The translations under genes were made by a program, and so were the position numbers. 64,000 bases of DNA from Desulfuromonadaceae bacterium (GTDB taxonomy: Bacteria; Desulfobacterota; Desulfuromonadia; Desulfuromonadales; Desulfuromonadaceae). Positions within the stretch are counted from its first letter, which is position 1; each line of letters opens with the position of its first letter. Below, one piece after another: positions 1 through 9,517 of the stretch. The notes under the pieces are model-generated. The model had not been told where the DNA came from. It saw nothing but the letters and a program-made list of their open reading frames with translations, and ran no database searches. The stretch covers positions 8,458-72,457 of the forward strand of contig JAVERW010000004.1 of NCBI GenBank assembly GCA_034006915.1. Reading direction: 5' to 3'.

Positions 1-297
1 TATAAAGAGTTTGTCTATAATTTGGAAAATGGAGAGCTTTATCAGCTGTTGGCGGGAAGAAAAAATATTGCCTGGGACCTGGATGAAGAATCTTTCATGG
101 TATGGCCGGTTCTGCATAATTTTTCTAGTTTTGGAGTCGATGGTATAATTGCCGAATGTTTTGAAGGTGCTGGTGATATATACGATTGTGACGAAGATGG
201 AGAATCTATTATATCTGCAGAAGAATTGGATGGCTGGAGAAATCATTTAATTGATGGAGCCGATGCTGTAGCTGACCATATTTATTTTACAACGTAA
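1..297 (+). CDS. hypothetical protein, 5-prime truncated by window edge; possible SMI1/KNR4 (SUKH)-like immunity-type protein
   Basis: Frame 1 is open from nt 1 (YKEFVYNLENGELYQ...) to the stop at 295-297. The YKxF..L.NGE pattern resembles SUKH proteins, by eye only. Confidence 0.3.
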   Translation, partial: YKEFVYNLENGELYQLLAGRKNIAWDLDEESFMVWPVLHNFSSFGVDGIIAECFEGAGDIYDCDEDGESIISAEELDGWRNHLIDGADAVADHIYFTT

Positions 298-333
298 GTT
301 TGTTTCAATTAATATTTAATTTTTTTTGCAAAA

Positions 334-377
334 GAGATGCATCAGCTTTGTCAGAAGTACTAGGGCTGATGCATCTC
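334..377 (-). terminator. candidate intrinsic terminator downstream of umuC
   Basis: 13-bp perfect inverted repeat GAGATGCATCAGC (334-346) / GCTGATGCATCTC (365-377). Read on the minus strand, the hairpin is followed by CTTTTGC then an A-run. Confidence 0.35.
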
Positions 378-505
378 AAGTGAAAAGAAGATCTTGAGAA
401 ACAAAAATCCCGACGGATAATTCCTGTTTTCTGACCCTAGTAAGTTTTTATAGATAGTTGGATTTGGAGGCCGATAAAGCTCTGCCAGCCGAAAATTCCT
501 CCTAC

Positions 506-1765
506 TCACTCCACCACCGGAATATCCTCCCAGCGAGTGGTGTAGCGCGGTGAGAGCAGCTCGCGTTTCATAAACCACTCTTTTTCTTTGCGCTGGCTGC
601 CCAGATACACCTTGCCCAGACCGGAGTGGTTGATCTTATCCATGGCCTGCATCAGGTTCCGGCTTTTCTCCGTGTCCTGTTCATCGAAGAGGAGGTTTTT
701 CTGTACTTCATCTTCCGGACACAGGTCTGAGAGCATAACCCCGGCCTTGGCGTAGCGCTGATCATCCTTCCAGACATTCTCTAGGAGCTTGCCCGCTAGG
801 GCTACCATCTTCAGGGTGTCACTGGTAGCCTCAAAGAAACTGCCCTGAGAGCTGTTGCTGTAGTAGGGATGGTATTTATCAAAGGGGCTGGTGCGGATGA
901 ACACACACAGCGAGGAGGCTTTCTGTTTTCGGGATCTGAGCTTGGCTGCAGCCCGGGCGGTGAATTCACACACAGCCTCGCGCATGTGATCAAACTCGGT
1001 AATACGCTCTGCAAAGGAGCGTGAACACACCATCTGCTTTTGCGGTGGGGATATCTCTTCCAGGGGGATACAGGATGTACCGTTCAGCTCGTACACGGTG
1101 CGCTCCAGCACCACGGAGAACTTCTGGCGAATGGTTTTGGGTTTGGTCTGGGCCAGCTTCAGAGCAGTATCGATCTGCATGTTGTGCAGGCGCTTGGCGT
1201 GTCTGCGTCCCACTCCCCACACATCTTCCACCGGCATGATATTAAGAAGGCGCTTCTGTCTCTTTGGATCAGACAGATCCACCACTCCCTTAACGGCCGG
1301 GTAATGTTTGGCTCCCCAGTTGGCTGCCTTGGCAAGGGTCTTTGTCGGTCCAATGCCGACACACACCGGCATACGCAGATAGCGCATTACGGTATCTTTT
1401 ATTCTTCTTCCATACTCCTCTATATCCTGCATTCCGCTTAAGTCGAGAAATGCTTCATCAATGGAGTAGATCTCTACATGGGGCGAGAACTCCTCCAGTA
1501 CACTCATGACCCGGTTGGAAATATCCGCATACAGCTCATAGTTCGAGGAGAACGTGACAATGCCGTGCTGCTCTATGAGATGACGGATCTGGAAGACAGG
1601 GGTGCCCATCTTGATCCCCAGAGCCTTTACCTCCTGGGATCTGGCAACGACGCAGCCATCATTGTTCGACAGCACCACTACGCGTCTTCTTCTCAAATCC
1701 GGGCGAAAAAGTCTCTCACAGCTGACATAGAAGTTGTTGCAGTCCACCAGGGCAAAGACGGGCAT
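506..1765 (-). CDS. umuC: Y-family translesion DNA polymerase, UmuC type
   Basis: 419 aa. N-terminus MPVFALVDCNNFYVSCERLFRPDLRRRRVVVLSNNDGCVVARSQEVKALGIKMG is colinear with E. coli UmuC. SIDEAFLDL acidic motif present. Starts 12 nt after the lexA-like gene. Confidence 0.9.
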   Translation of the reverse strand: MPVFALVDCNNFYVSCERLFRPDLRRRRVVVLSNNDGCVVARSQEVKALGIKMGTPVFQIRHLIEQHGIVTFSSNYELYADISNRVMSVLEEFSPHVEIYSIDEAFLDLSGMQDIEEYGRRIKDTVMRYLRMPVCVGIGPTKTLAKAANWGAKHYPAVKGVVDLSDPKRQKRLLNIMPVEDVWGVGRRHAKRLHNMQIDTALKLAQTKPKTIRQKFSVVLERTVYELNGTSCIPLEEISPPQKQMVCSRSFAERITEFDHMREAVCEFTARAAAKLRSRKQKASSLCVFIRTSPFDKYHPYYSNSSQGSFFEATSDTLKMVALAGKLLENVWKDDQRYAKAGVMLSDLCPEDEVQKNLLFDEQDTEKSRNLMQAMDKINHSGLGKVYLGSQRKEKEWFMKRELLSPRYTTRWEDIPVVE

Positions 1766-1777
1766 ACAAAGACTACC

Positions 1778-2389
1778 CTACGCTGCACCCTGCAGGTGAC
1801 TCACCACGCCTACAACCGTACCTTGGACGACGACACGATCTGTAGTATAGAACTGGGGCAGGTAGTCCGAGTTCGCTGGCTGGAGGCGTATTTTACCATC
1901 CTTTTCGTGGAACAGGCGCTTCAAGGTCGTGGCTGTGTTATCCACCAGGGCTACAACCAATTCTCCATTCCGCAACTGTTTGGCGGGTTTGACCACCACC
2001 AGAGCACCATCAAGGATCCCATCTTCCTGCATGGAATCACCATTTGCCTTGAGCAGATAATGCTCCGGTCCCAGAAGCAGGTTGCCAAGGTCAATGTGTT
2101 CCTCGCCTTCGGATTCTTCCATAGGCAGGCCTGCACTGATGTAGCCGAGCAAAGGCAGGGAGGTAGTCGATGGCATCTGCTCAGCCGCATCCCCCAGCAC
2201 CAACAGTCCATCTTTGTTGCGCGCGAGAAATCCTCGGATAATCAGGGTCTGCACCATCTTGTGCACCCCGTTAATTGAGGACGAGCCAATTCCTGCAGCA
2301 ATGTCCCGGATGGACGGGCTGATGTTCTTCTGCTCTATAGATTCCGCTACAAAGCGAAACACCTTCTCCTGCTTGGTTGTCAAAGCCAT
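1778..2389 (-). CDS. lexA: LexA-family repressor (wHTH plus S24 self-cleaving peptidase)
   Basis: Start chosen at ATG 2389 (MALTTKQEKVF...) preceded by GGAGAG. Has an N-terminal LexA-like wHTH, an Ala-Gly site in LLGYISAGLP, a GDSM serine motif and a TLKRL lysine motif. About 203 aa, LexA length rather than UmuD length. Confidence 0.85.
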   Translation of the reverse strand: MALTTKQEKVFRFVAESIEQKNISPSIRDIAAGIGSSSINGVHKMVQTLIIRGFLARNKDGLLVLGDAAEQMPSTTSLPLLGYISAGLPMEESEGEEHIDLGNLLLGPEHYLLKANGDSMQEDGILDGALVVVKPAKQLRNGELVVALVDNTATTLKRLFHEKDGKIRLQPANSDYLPQFYTTDRVVVQGTVVGVVSHLQGAA

Positions 2390-2460
2390 ATTCTCTCCTT
2401 CTGTTGCCATGGTAAGGGGTAAACGCGAAGTGAAACGATAATGAAACGCTGACACTATAG

Positions 2461-2534
2461 GAACAGAAGTGGAACAGAGTCAAGCAGAGAAAGGCAGAAC
2501 GTGAAATGACTTGAGGGAGAAACCTCTGTTCCAC
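2461..2534. promoter_or_regulatory. candidate SOS operator region upstream of lexA-umuC
   Basis: GAAC-N7-GAAC direct repeat at 2461-2475, the form of the alphaproteobacterial LexA box GTTC-N7-GTTC. Also an 11-bp perfect inverted repeat GTGGAACAGAG (2469-2479) / CTCTGTTCCAC (2524-2534). Lies 70-145 nt upstream of the lexA start. Confidence 0.25.
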
Positions 2535-2654
2535 ATAGTTCATTACATATCAGTTTTATTATTAGAATTATTGCACTTAAGAGAGGGTTGGGTGTAGGTT
2601 TAAGATTTTTCAGATCATGGATTAACTGTGCATATAAAATAGAGAAACAATATC

Positions 2655-2849
2655 ATGCTTATAACCCTGAAAGACCTACCATCCAACGCCAGAGGATTTG
2701 CGCAGTACTGCATTGACAACTTTGAATTCAGAGATGTTGTAGAGATGGTTTATGCTGACAAGCACGAAGATCATTGTGCTCAGTTCGATATTACCCACGA
2801 GCAATGGCAGGATGCGGTGTATGTGGTGATTAAGCAGATGGGGAAATGA
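2655..2849 (+). CDS. small hypothetical protein (64 aa)
   Basis: ATG-initiated ORF in an otherwise empty intergenic region. No recognisable motif. Confidence 0.3.
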   Translation: MLITLKDLPSNARGFAQYCIDNFEFRDVVEMVYADKHEDHCAQFDITHEQWQDAVYVVIKQMGK

Positions 2850-2999
2850 GAGACGGTCTTGAATTGTGGTCAGTATTGAATGTTTTTAAAGTTATGCTTT
2901 TTTCTTTATTTCAATAAAATCAAGATTGTTAGTGAACGGTACTACGCTACGCACCACACCGGCAGCTTATCTAGGGCGTTATTCGATGGAGGGGAAAGG

Positions 3000-3419
3000 A
3001 TGAGCGAGAATCTCCTGATAGGAGTGAAGCACGAGCTTGAAGTAGCAAGCGAACTGACGGGGGCCGGTCTAGTGGTTTCACTTCCCTTGGTCGATATCGG
3101 GGTTGACCTACTTGCATCCCGCAAAGATTTCTCGAAGACAGTACCAGTTCAAGTGAAATACAAGGAAAAAGAACAGAATATCTTTTTCACAGGTAAAGAA
3201 ATAGCCGCATACAGCGCAAAGAACGTCTATATAGCTTATATCCTTGCCGACTCCAAATGGTACATGCCGTTCAGCGTGTTTCTTGACCACGCAGAGCAAC
3301 CAGCCAGCCGAAAGGATCAAGCTGGATACATAGTGCTGGCGAGAAAAAGTGCTGAGCTCGCTGAGTATTCTGGTGAAAAGGGCTTTGCGAGGATGGTCGA
3401 GTTCATAAATGGTCCATAA
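3000..3419 (+). CDS. PD-(D/E)xK nuclease-fold protein (Hjc/restriction-endonuclease-like)
   Basis: Start at ATG 3000 after GGAGGGG. Motif series GVKHELEVASEL ... PLVDIGVDLLA ... VQVKYK fits the E / D / (E/Q)xK core of this fold. Confidence 0.5.
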   Translation: MSENLLIGVKHELEVASELTGAGLVVSLPLVDIGVDLLASRKDFSKTVPVQVKYKEKEQNIFFTGKEIAAYSAKNVYIAYILADSKWYMPFSVFLDHAEQPASRKDQAGYIVLARKSAELAEYSGEKGFARMVEFINGP

Positions 3420-3527
3420 TAAGCCCATCAGCGCTGACAACCAAAAGCCACGCTCCTTAGTCGCTCTGCTTTGGGCTGCGGGTTATTGGTAGCGTGAGGT
3501 GGTACTGAGAGGTCGTACAATCCTGGC

Positions 3528-4367
3528 ATGTCGAAGAAATCCGAAATCCTCCGAAATCAGCGAGCCTGGGCAAAAAGCGTGGGTCTTAAGTCAGATGAAA
3601 AAGGTTATTTGCCAACCTATGAAGCGAACCTGTTTCAGTCGATGAATCCTGAAACAAAAACCTCGTTCGATCAGGGCAGTGGGGCGGAGCTGGTAGATAC
3701 TGCGAGATATCCAGCCAAGATGAGGGCTTTGCATTCCTCCTCGGCGCTGGCAGTTAATTTCTTTGATTGGTGGGTGGCGAACTCAAATGGCCCGCTCCTT
3801 GAAGCCTTGGGCATCCAGAGTCCCGCTGGTTGCCGGGTCAGATTTGAAGCGCAATATCCAACCGGGTTGCCCGGGAATCCGCCCAATCTTGATGTCACGC
3901 TTGGTCTCCCCGATGGAGAGATCATCGGCATAGAGAGTAAGTTCACCGAGTGGCTCACGCCGAAACCGAAGAGCAAGAATCAATTCAAGGGGAAGTACTT
4001 CCCTGAAGACCCCGGCGTCTGGAGCTTGGTATCATTGCCGAAGTGTCAGGCACTAGCGGAATAGATTAGGGACGGCTTAACTACCTTCCGGTATCTTGAT
4101 GTGGCGCAGCTTCTCAAACATGCGCTTGGTCTTGCAACCGGCGTCGGCACACACTTCCGCCTGTTCTACATATTTTTCGATGCCAACTGTCCCGAGGGCG
4201 AGGTGCATTGGCATGAAATCCGAGAATTTGCACTGGCCGTTGGTACGGAATTGAAGTTCCAAGCAATTTCATATCAATCGCTACTGGATCAATTTGAGTA
4301 TTCGGTTTCAGGTTCAGAGGCATACCGCCAGTATCTTAAGTCGAGGTATTTCGCAGGTGCCGCCTAA
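3528..4367 (+). pseudogene. PD-(D/E)xK nuclease-like gene interrupted by one in-frame TAG
   Basis: ORFs 3528-4064 and 4101-4367 are in the same frame, separated only by TAG 4062-4064. Translation continues ...QALAE*IRDGLTTFRYLDVAQLLKHALGL. Motifs: KMRALHSSSALAVNFF, PDGEIIGIESKF, DVAQLLKH. Confidence 0.5.
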
Positions 4368-4622
4368 ACAAGTGCATCCAGTCGGGTCAACCCACTAGCT
4401 ACGCTTGTGGGTTGGCCGTTTATGCGAGGCGTTAGCAAGTAAAGGAGAAATAACATGGGTTTTTTGACAGATTGACAAAAATAGGTGGTGAGCTTGTTCA
4501 GCAAGCGCAACAGAAGCAGGCACGTCAGATGAAGGAATACTCTCGTAAATCAAAGACTGAATGGAATACGGAACCGAAAATTGGCGGAAAAACGCTTCGA
4601 GAATGGGAGTTTAAATAAATTG

Positions 4623-4988
4623 CTAACAAGACGGGAGGTTATTCAGCCTCAGAATAACACCTTTTAACCCCAGGTCCTTGCACAGCTTCGTGCATCCGTA
4701 GGGAGACATGACACGAAGAACTTTCTTCTGCGTAACCAGATACCGCTTCCATTGCCCAGGCCGTTCAACCACACATAAAAACTGCTCTGTTTTTCCCCGA
4801 ATTTTATCAGGAACTGAAATCCCCTCTGGCAAAGCACCAGGGTAGTTACTAGGATTGGCGGCGATAGCCGCGTATTCCGGAGAATCGGGCAGGGGAGCCT
4901 GTATTTCTTCAAAGGTAAGCTTAAGATCCTGAATCTCCCGGATTAAAAGCTTTAATTCAGGTTCCTGGATAATATCTTCGCCCCTCAT
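4623..4988 (-). CDS. hypothetical protein (121 aa)
   Basis: ATG ORF downstream of the relaxase on the same strand, with a repeat-rich upstream region. No recognisable motif. Confidence 0.35.
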   Translation of the reverse strand: MRGEDIIQEPELKLLIREIQDLKLTFEEIQAPLPDSPEYAAIAANPSNYPGALPEGISVPDKIRGKTEQFLCVVERPGQWKRYLVTQKKVLRVMSPYGCTKLCKDLGLKGVILRLNNLPSC

Positions 4989-5265
4989 CCCCGCCTATTC
5001 CTCAAGTTATAGTAGCTAAAACCTTCTCACCTGCCGGATATGTGAACCGACAAAATGACATCATTTGGTTTCAAATGATGCAATGTAGTTTCACATTGCA
5101 TCAAATGATTTCATTTACAATAGTGCAGGGTAGTATCAAGTGCATTTAATATCAATATCAATCTATGGATACGCTTTGCCGAAACTTGAAAATATGAATT
5201 GATTGATTGTGATACAGCGCATCTGCCGGGTAACGTCTGTATGGCATATAGTCCATCCTGCCTCG

Positions 5266-8200
5266 TCACATCCCCGGAGAAGGAGAGTCATCCCATTCAG
5301 TTGATTCCTGCTCTTCGCTTAAATTTTCTGTCTGTTTAAACGGTTCAGATAACGGTTCAGATAACGGTTCAGATAACGGTTCAGATAACGGTTCAGATAA
5401 CGGTTCAGATAACGGTTCAGATAACGGTTCAGATAACGGTTCAGATAACGGTTCCGGTAATGGTTCCGGTAATGGTTCCGGTAATGGTTCCGGTAATGGT
5501 TCCGGTAATGGTTCCGGTAATGGTTCCGGTAATGGTTCCGGTAATGGTTCCGGTAATGGTTCCGGTAATGGTTCCGCCGCAGCTACTCTTTTCTGTGTAT
5601 GTGTCTGCACAGGCTGGATACCGTGACGTTGAACACTGTTTATCCTGGCATCAAAAATGGGTGTCTGACTGATTTTAACAAGGTCTGTAACTGCCTGAGT
5701 TGTTTGTCTGCTTAACTCCCTTTTGCCCTGCATTTTTGTAATCAGGGCTGCAAACTCTGCATCGATTTTATTCTGGCGCCGGTAGTGATTCGTAAAACGC
5801 GCCGGGCTTTTATCTCCTCCGAACTTAATGCTCTCCTGCGCTGACTGTTCCATCCAGCGATCCACAGCATCCAGCGCCTGCTGCTCCAGTTCGCTTAAGG
5901 CATTTATGCCGGGGCAATTTTGTCTGCACCGGCGGATCCCCGAATGAAACACCTCTCGGATCGAACTCAGGGCATCATTGACTTTATTGCGCTCAATCTT
6001 AGGCGCCTTGGAAAACATCCTATACTCACGCACCAGTGCTGCGCGCTTCTGCATGATCTCATCTTCAGCCCGATTACGCTTTTCTACAACTGCGCCGAGA
6101 TCCCGTACCCAGTCTGAGGCACCAACTTCCTTTTGTATCCCCGTATTAAACAGCCGCAGGGGACTATCCTTATGCGCCCACTGCGAAGCCCTGGTGAGCA
6201 TCTTGTCGCGGTTGTCGGTATAGACCATGACATTATTTTTATTCCGGGAGATCCCCACCAGAAACTCGTTTTTGCTCAAAATAGGAGAATCGGAAGGGGC
6301 GTGGTACATAACCAGGCGTTCAACAGACTGTCCCTGGCTTTTATAGGTCGAGAGCGCATAGCTGTAATCAAAGTACGGATAGCTTGTCACATTCCAGCGC
6401 ACATAGCGTTCGGTTCTTCTCCCTTCCTCATCCACCAGACACGCCAAGATATCTCCATCCTCACTGATCTCATCGATTACAGCCTGCGAGCCGTTAAATA
6501 CCTTCTGCGCTCCTTTGCTGACAGACCTGCCGTCTCTATCGGTAAACTGAACCTCGCGGGATTCATTTTTCAGGAACACAATCCGCTCCCCGCAGGCAAA
6601 CTCCTTCTCCTTCTCATGCCCACGCGCATTCGAGACAGTGAATGTTTCCCCTTCGGATGATAATATCCCGGCATCAAGCAGGTGCTCACGAATCAGGTCG
6701 TTGAACGTGTCCTTGCTCTTGTTGGTTCCGGTTATCAGCAGGGCAGGGGTGTTTGAATCCCTGAAATACTCCATATACTCAGCCACCACTTTCCGGGTGC
6801 GTTCATCTGCATTGGGGGTCGCAGAGACCGCCTCACTCTCCTGAAGGATTCCTACCGCCCTGTGTACATCATCGTGGCGGGTGATAGCCTCCACTGCTGC
6901 CAGCTCAGCAGCATTTCTCTGTCTGCGTATCTGCTGCAGCGTCCAGGTCTGCATCCCTTCATCCTGCCAGGTTTCAAACGGCTTGCCTGCAGACACCCCC
7001 GGCAACTGATTCCTGTCCCCAATCAGTACAATCCGGGCTCCGAACAACTTCGCCGCATGACATAACTCGTTGGCCTGAATAGAACCGAGCATAGATGCTT
7101 CATCCACCACAATAAGATCGCCGCGTTTAATACGGCCAATATGTGCAAGGCGCGCCAGGGTTCTGCTATTACCTTCTTCTCTGGCTCGCGCATAGTTGCG
7201 CACATCAATCAGAAACTGAGCCACGGTATTGCACTTCAAGCCCGTTTCATCACCCAGCTTCTTTGCCGCATCCCCGCTTACACAAAGACCTGTAATGCGC
7301 TCACGTCCCAGAGTCTGCGCCACAGCAAGCAGCATGGTGGTCTTACCCGTTCCCGGATCGCCCTGCACCCCGGTGATAAAATCACATGCCTTAAGAATCC
7401 CCAGCGCTGCATCTCTCTGTTCCCCTTCAAAAGAGAACGGAAACAGGTTCCTGGTTGCGTGCATTAGACGCGCTTCTACATCATCTTCATCTGCAGGGAG
7501 AAACAACTCCTTGCCCTGGCGCAGAAACTCCCGGTTCTGTGTTTCAGCGCGCAGGTGCTTTACCTGCACAAGCTGTTCATGCTGATAGTCACCTTCAAAG
7601 TTATCCTGACCGGGAAGGCGGATCAGTGCATATTTTTGTAAAAACCAGGGCAGGTGTTTCAGGACATCTGCATGGTTAACAACAGGGCAGGGGGTAGAGA
7701 TACTGTTGTGTTTAAGAGTCCCGGCATATTTAAGAACTGCCGCAACCATCTCCTTGCGCGTAGTAAGCGCACTTATGTCCAGATATTCATCCAGAGCGGC
7801 CCGGATAATCTCTTTTACTTTATTCTCCATGTCCGCATTGATCTCGATATTACCCATGGTATGTGTACCGCTGCTCGCTTCTTCCATGCATATCTTTACC
7901 CCCAGATCCTGAGCAGTTTCTCGCCACTCTAGACGCAGCAGTTCCGGGTCTATGTCTACTTTGCGTTTCCGGTTTTTAAGGCATGCATCCTGGCGCTGTT
8001 TTGCTGAGGCATCCTTGCGGCAAAGACCCCTGTCAGCAAGGTTGGCAGCGATCTCAGCGTAGCGTTTCGAGAACCCCTCAATCTGTGCGCGATCGATTGC
8101 CCCAACCTCGAAACCATCTTCGGTATTTCGGGTTCGGATTCCCCGCTGTTCCAGCTCTGATCTAAGCGCAGCTTTGTACACCAGATCAAAGTGCTTTTGA

Positions 8201-8724
8201 TTCCGATAGAAGTAGCGAAAATCCACTGCGCGCACCTGCTCTTCTCCGTCAATAATGCACGCATTGGCTATCAGACAATGACTGTGCAAGAGGGGATCAT
8301 TGGATCGACTAAGTGAGTGGAGAATGGGAAGGGCAATCATCCCCTTTGCCTGATAAGAATGGGTAACCCCGCGTTCCTTTTTTACCCCCCGAAAGAAGGC
8401 GTTATCTTCAATGTATTTGAGTACCGCATTGCACGCATTGCGGTGTGCACTTACCGCAGCATCACTGATCTGTTTATCCCCTACGGCAAACAAAATTGAA
8501 ACACTCTTGGGTGCGCTGAAGGTCAGGTCAAAGGCTTTCACTTCCCGGTCCTTAACCAAGTGCGAAAAAGCTTCGCGTTTGGACACATTCAGATGCTCAA
8601 AACCGAAGAGTTTATTCCCGTTTCCCAACACCTCAATAGTGTCCTGCTCCACAGGAAAATAGTAATCATCCCTGGCGTAATAACTCTCAATCCTGCCTGC
8701 CTTAACCGTGATCCCGCTGACCAT
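5266..8724 (-). CDS. MOBF-family conjugative relaxase/helicase (TrwC/TraI-like)
   Basis: 1152 aa. N-terminal relaxase motifs [30 protein letters not shown] (His triad) and [12 protein letters not shown] are colinear with R388 TrwC. Central RecD-like helicase has Walker [15 protein letters not shown] and Walker [10 protein letters not shown]-terminal PLPE/PLSE repeat tail. Confidence 0.92.
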   Translation of the reverse strand: MVSGITVKAGRIESYYARDDYYFPVEQDTIEVLGNGNKLFGFEHLNVSKREAFSHLVKDREVKAFDLTFSAPKSVSILFAVGDKQISDAAVSAHRNACNAVLKYIEDNAFFRGVKKERGVTHSYQAKGMIALPILHSLSRSNDPLLHSHCLIANACIIDGEEQVRAVDFRYFYRNQKHFDLVYKAALRSELEQRGIRTRNTEDGFEVGAIDRAQIEGFSKRYAEIAANLADRGLCRKDASAKQRQDACLKNRKRKVDIDPELLRLEWRETAQDLGVKICMEEASSGTHTMGNIEINADMENKVKEIIRAALDEYLDISALTTRKEMVAAVLKYAGTLKHNSISTPCPVVNHADVLKHLPWFLQKYALIRLPGQDNFEGDYQHEQLVQVKHLRAETQNREFLRQGKELFLPADEDDVEARLMHATRNLFPFSFEGEQRDAALGILKACDFITGVQGDPGTGKTTMLLAVAQTLGRERITGLCVSGDAAKKLGDETGLKCNTVAQFLIDVRNYARAREEGNSRTLARLAHIGRIKRGDLIVVDEASMLGSIQANELCHAAKLFGARIVLIGDRNQLPGVSAGKPFETWQDEGMQTWTLQQIRRQRNAAELAAVEAITRHDDVHRAVGILQESEAVSATPNADERTRKVVAEYMEYFRDSNTPALLITGTNKSKDTFNDLIREHLLDAGILSSEGETFTVSNARGHEKEKEFACGERIVFLKNESREVQFTDRDGRSVSKGAQKVFNGSQAVIDEISEDGDILACLVDEEGRRTERYVRWNVTSYPYFDYSYALSTYKSQGQSVERLVMYHAPSDSPILSKNEFLVGISRNKNNVMVYTDNRDKMLTRASQWAHKDSPLRLFNTGIQKEVGASDWVRDLGAVVEKRNRAEDEIMQKRAALVREYRMFSKAPKIERNKVNDALSSIREVFHSGIRRCRQNCPGINALSELEQQALDAVDRWMEQSAQESIKFGGDKSPARFTNHYRRQNKIDAEFAALITKMQGKRELSRQTTQAVTDLVKISQTPIFDARINSVQRHGIQPVQTHTQKRVAAAEPLPEPLPEPLPEPLPEPLPEPLPEPLPEPLPEPLPEPLPEPLSEPLSEPLSEPLSEPLSEPLSEPLSEPLSEPLSEPFKQTENLSEEQESTEWDDSPSPGM
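5342..5576 (-). repeat. perfect 12-bp tandem coding repeat inside the relaxase 3-prime end
   Basis: On the + strand: 9 units of GGTTCAGATAAC (5342-5449), then 10 units of GGTTCCGGTAAT (5450-5569) plus a partial unit. Encodes (PLPE)x10 followed by (PLSE)x9. Confidence 0.95.
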
Positions 8725-8790
8725 ATTTATCTCCCTATGTGGTGAAAAAACTGTACCCGTTCCAAAGCGCGTGAATACCGCAATCCTGCG

Positions 8791-9033
8791 TCACAGACAT
8801 TTCTGAAAGCCATAGCATTTCAGGTGTTTGCCATCTTTAGGAGCGCCCGCCGGGTTCAGATGTGTGGAGCAGGGCAAAGGTTCACAAAGTGGACCGCAGC
8901 CGTGCTCAATAAAGTGAGCGCAGGCGAACGCCATATCCATGCTCTTCTGTGTGGCATTCACCTCAATGTCTCGTTGGACAGCACTCTTTAAATTCTGCCT
9001 GCTTAACAAAAAGTGGTTTTTTCGTGTTGACAT
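8791..9033 (-). CDS. possible ribbon-helix-helix relaxosome accessory protein
   Basis: Small ORF directly upstream of the relaxase on the same strand. From MSTRKNHFLLSRQNLKSAVQRDIE the beta-strand/helix pattern is RHH-like. Weak, based on position. Confidence 0.25.
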   Translation of the reverse strand: MSTRKNHFLLSRQNLKSAVQRDIEVNATQKSMDMAFACAHFIEHGCGPLCEPLPCSTHLNPAGAPKDGKHLKCYGFQKCL

Positions 9034-9117
9034 TATCAATGCGTTGATCAAGAATATACACAGTCAATATTAAATATCAACGCACAAAAACAAATATAGA
9101 CGGGAGGGAAGGCGGTT
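9034..9117. promoter_or_regulatory. candidate oriT / divergent promoter region
   Basis: AT-rich gap between the divergent relaxase operon and the + strand array. 9-bp inverted repeat TGCGTTGAT (9040-9048) / ATCAACGCA (9076-9084). TTGACA at 9027-9032 with AAGAAT 17 nt downstream. No nic site recognised. Confidence 0.3.
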
Positions 9118-9495
9118 TTGAGAATAGACCAGGAGAGAATCGAAAGGACACTGAAGATGAGCAGAAAAAAGAGCATCGAGAGCAGAATCAAAAACAAGAC
9201 ACTCAAAGATATCCGCAACGAATTGAGATTTTTTGAAAAAGGAGTAATCGCAGATGCCACCCGCGCAGCAGGTGAGATAGGGGTGGCGATATTTAGGGAA
9301 GATCCAGAGCATCAGATCTTCCAGGATTATCCGCAATTCAGAGAAAAGATTTCAGAATTATCCGATGTGCTGGGGCGGATTAACGTCAAAATTAGCAAAC
9401 GAGAAAATGGCACTGATACGGGACAAAAAAACAATCCGGTAAGCACCAAAAAGGAAAATGACTTTGTGCGCGATATCCGGGACGAAGAACTTTAA
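9118..9495 (+). CDS. hypothetical basic protein, first gene of the + strand array (StbA-position)
   Basis: TTG start at 9118, or ATG 9157 (MSRKKSIESRIKNK...). Lys/Arg-rich N-terminus. No motif recognised. Confidence 0.35.
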   Translation: MRIDQERIERTLKMSRKKSIESRIKNKTLKDIRNELRFFEKGVIADATRAAGEIGVAIFREDPEHQIFQDYPQFREKISELSDVLGRINVKISKRENGTDTGQKNNPVSTKKENDFVRDIRDEEL

Positions 9496-9517
9496 AAAAA
9501 GTGAAAGGAGAAATGGC

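Noticed and set aside
1478-2278. 266-aa + strand ORF
   Set aside because: It lies entirely antisense to umuC and lexA, which have strong family motifs. There is no motif or RBS of its own.
4370-4450. Possible tRNA or attachment site near the GC-rich hairpin CAACCCAC/GTGGGTTG (4388-4414)
   Set aside because: No cloverleaf can be drawn. It is more likely a weak terminator after the split nuclease gene. No tRNA-like sequence was found anywhere in the window by eye.
5342-5576. Possible CRISPR-like array
   Set aside because: The units are contiguous 12-mers with no spacers, are in frame, and lie inside a long CDS. This is a coding tandem repeat, not CRISPR.
5460-5672. ORF encoding (MVPV)n on the + strand
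   Set aside because: It is the antisense reading of the relaxase 12-bp repeat. The repeat-driven open frame has no independent support.
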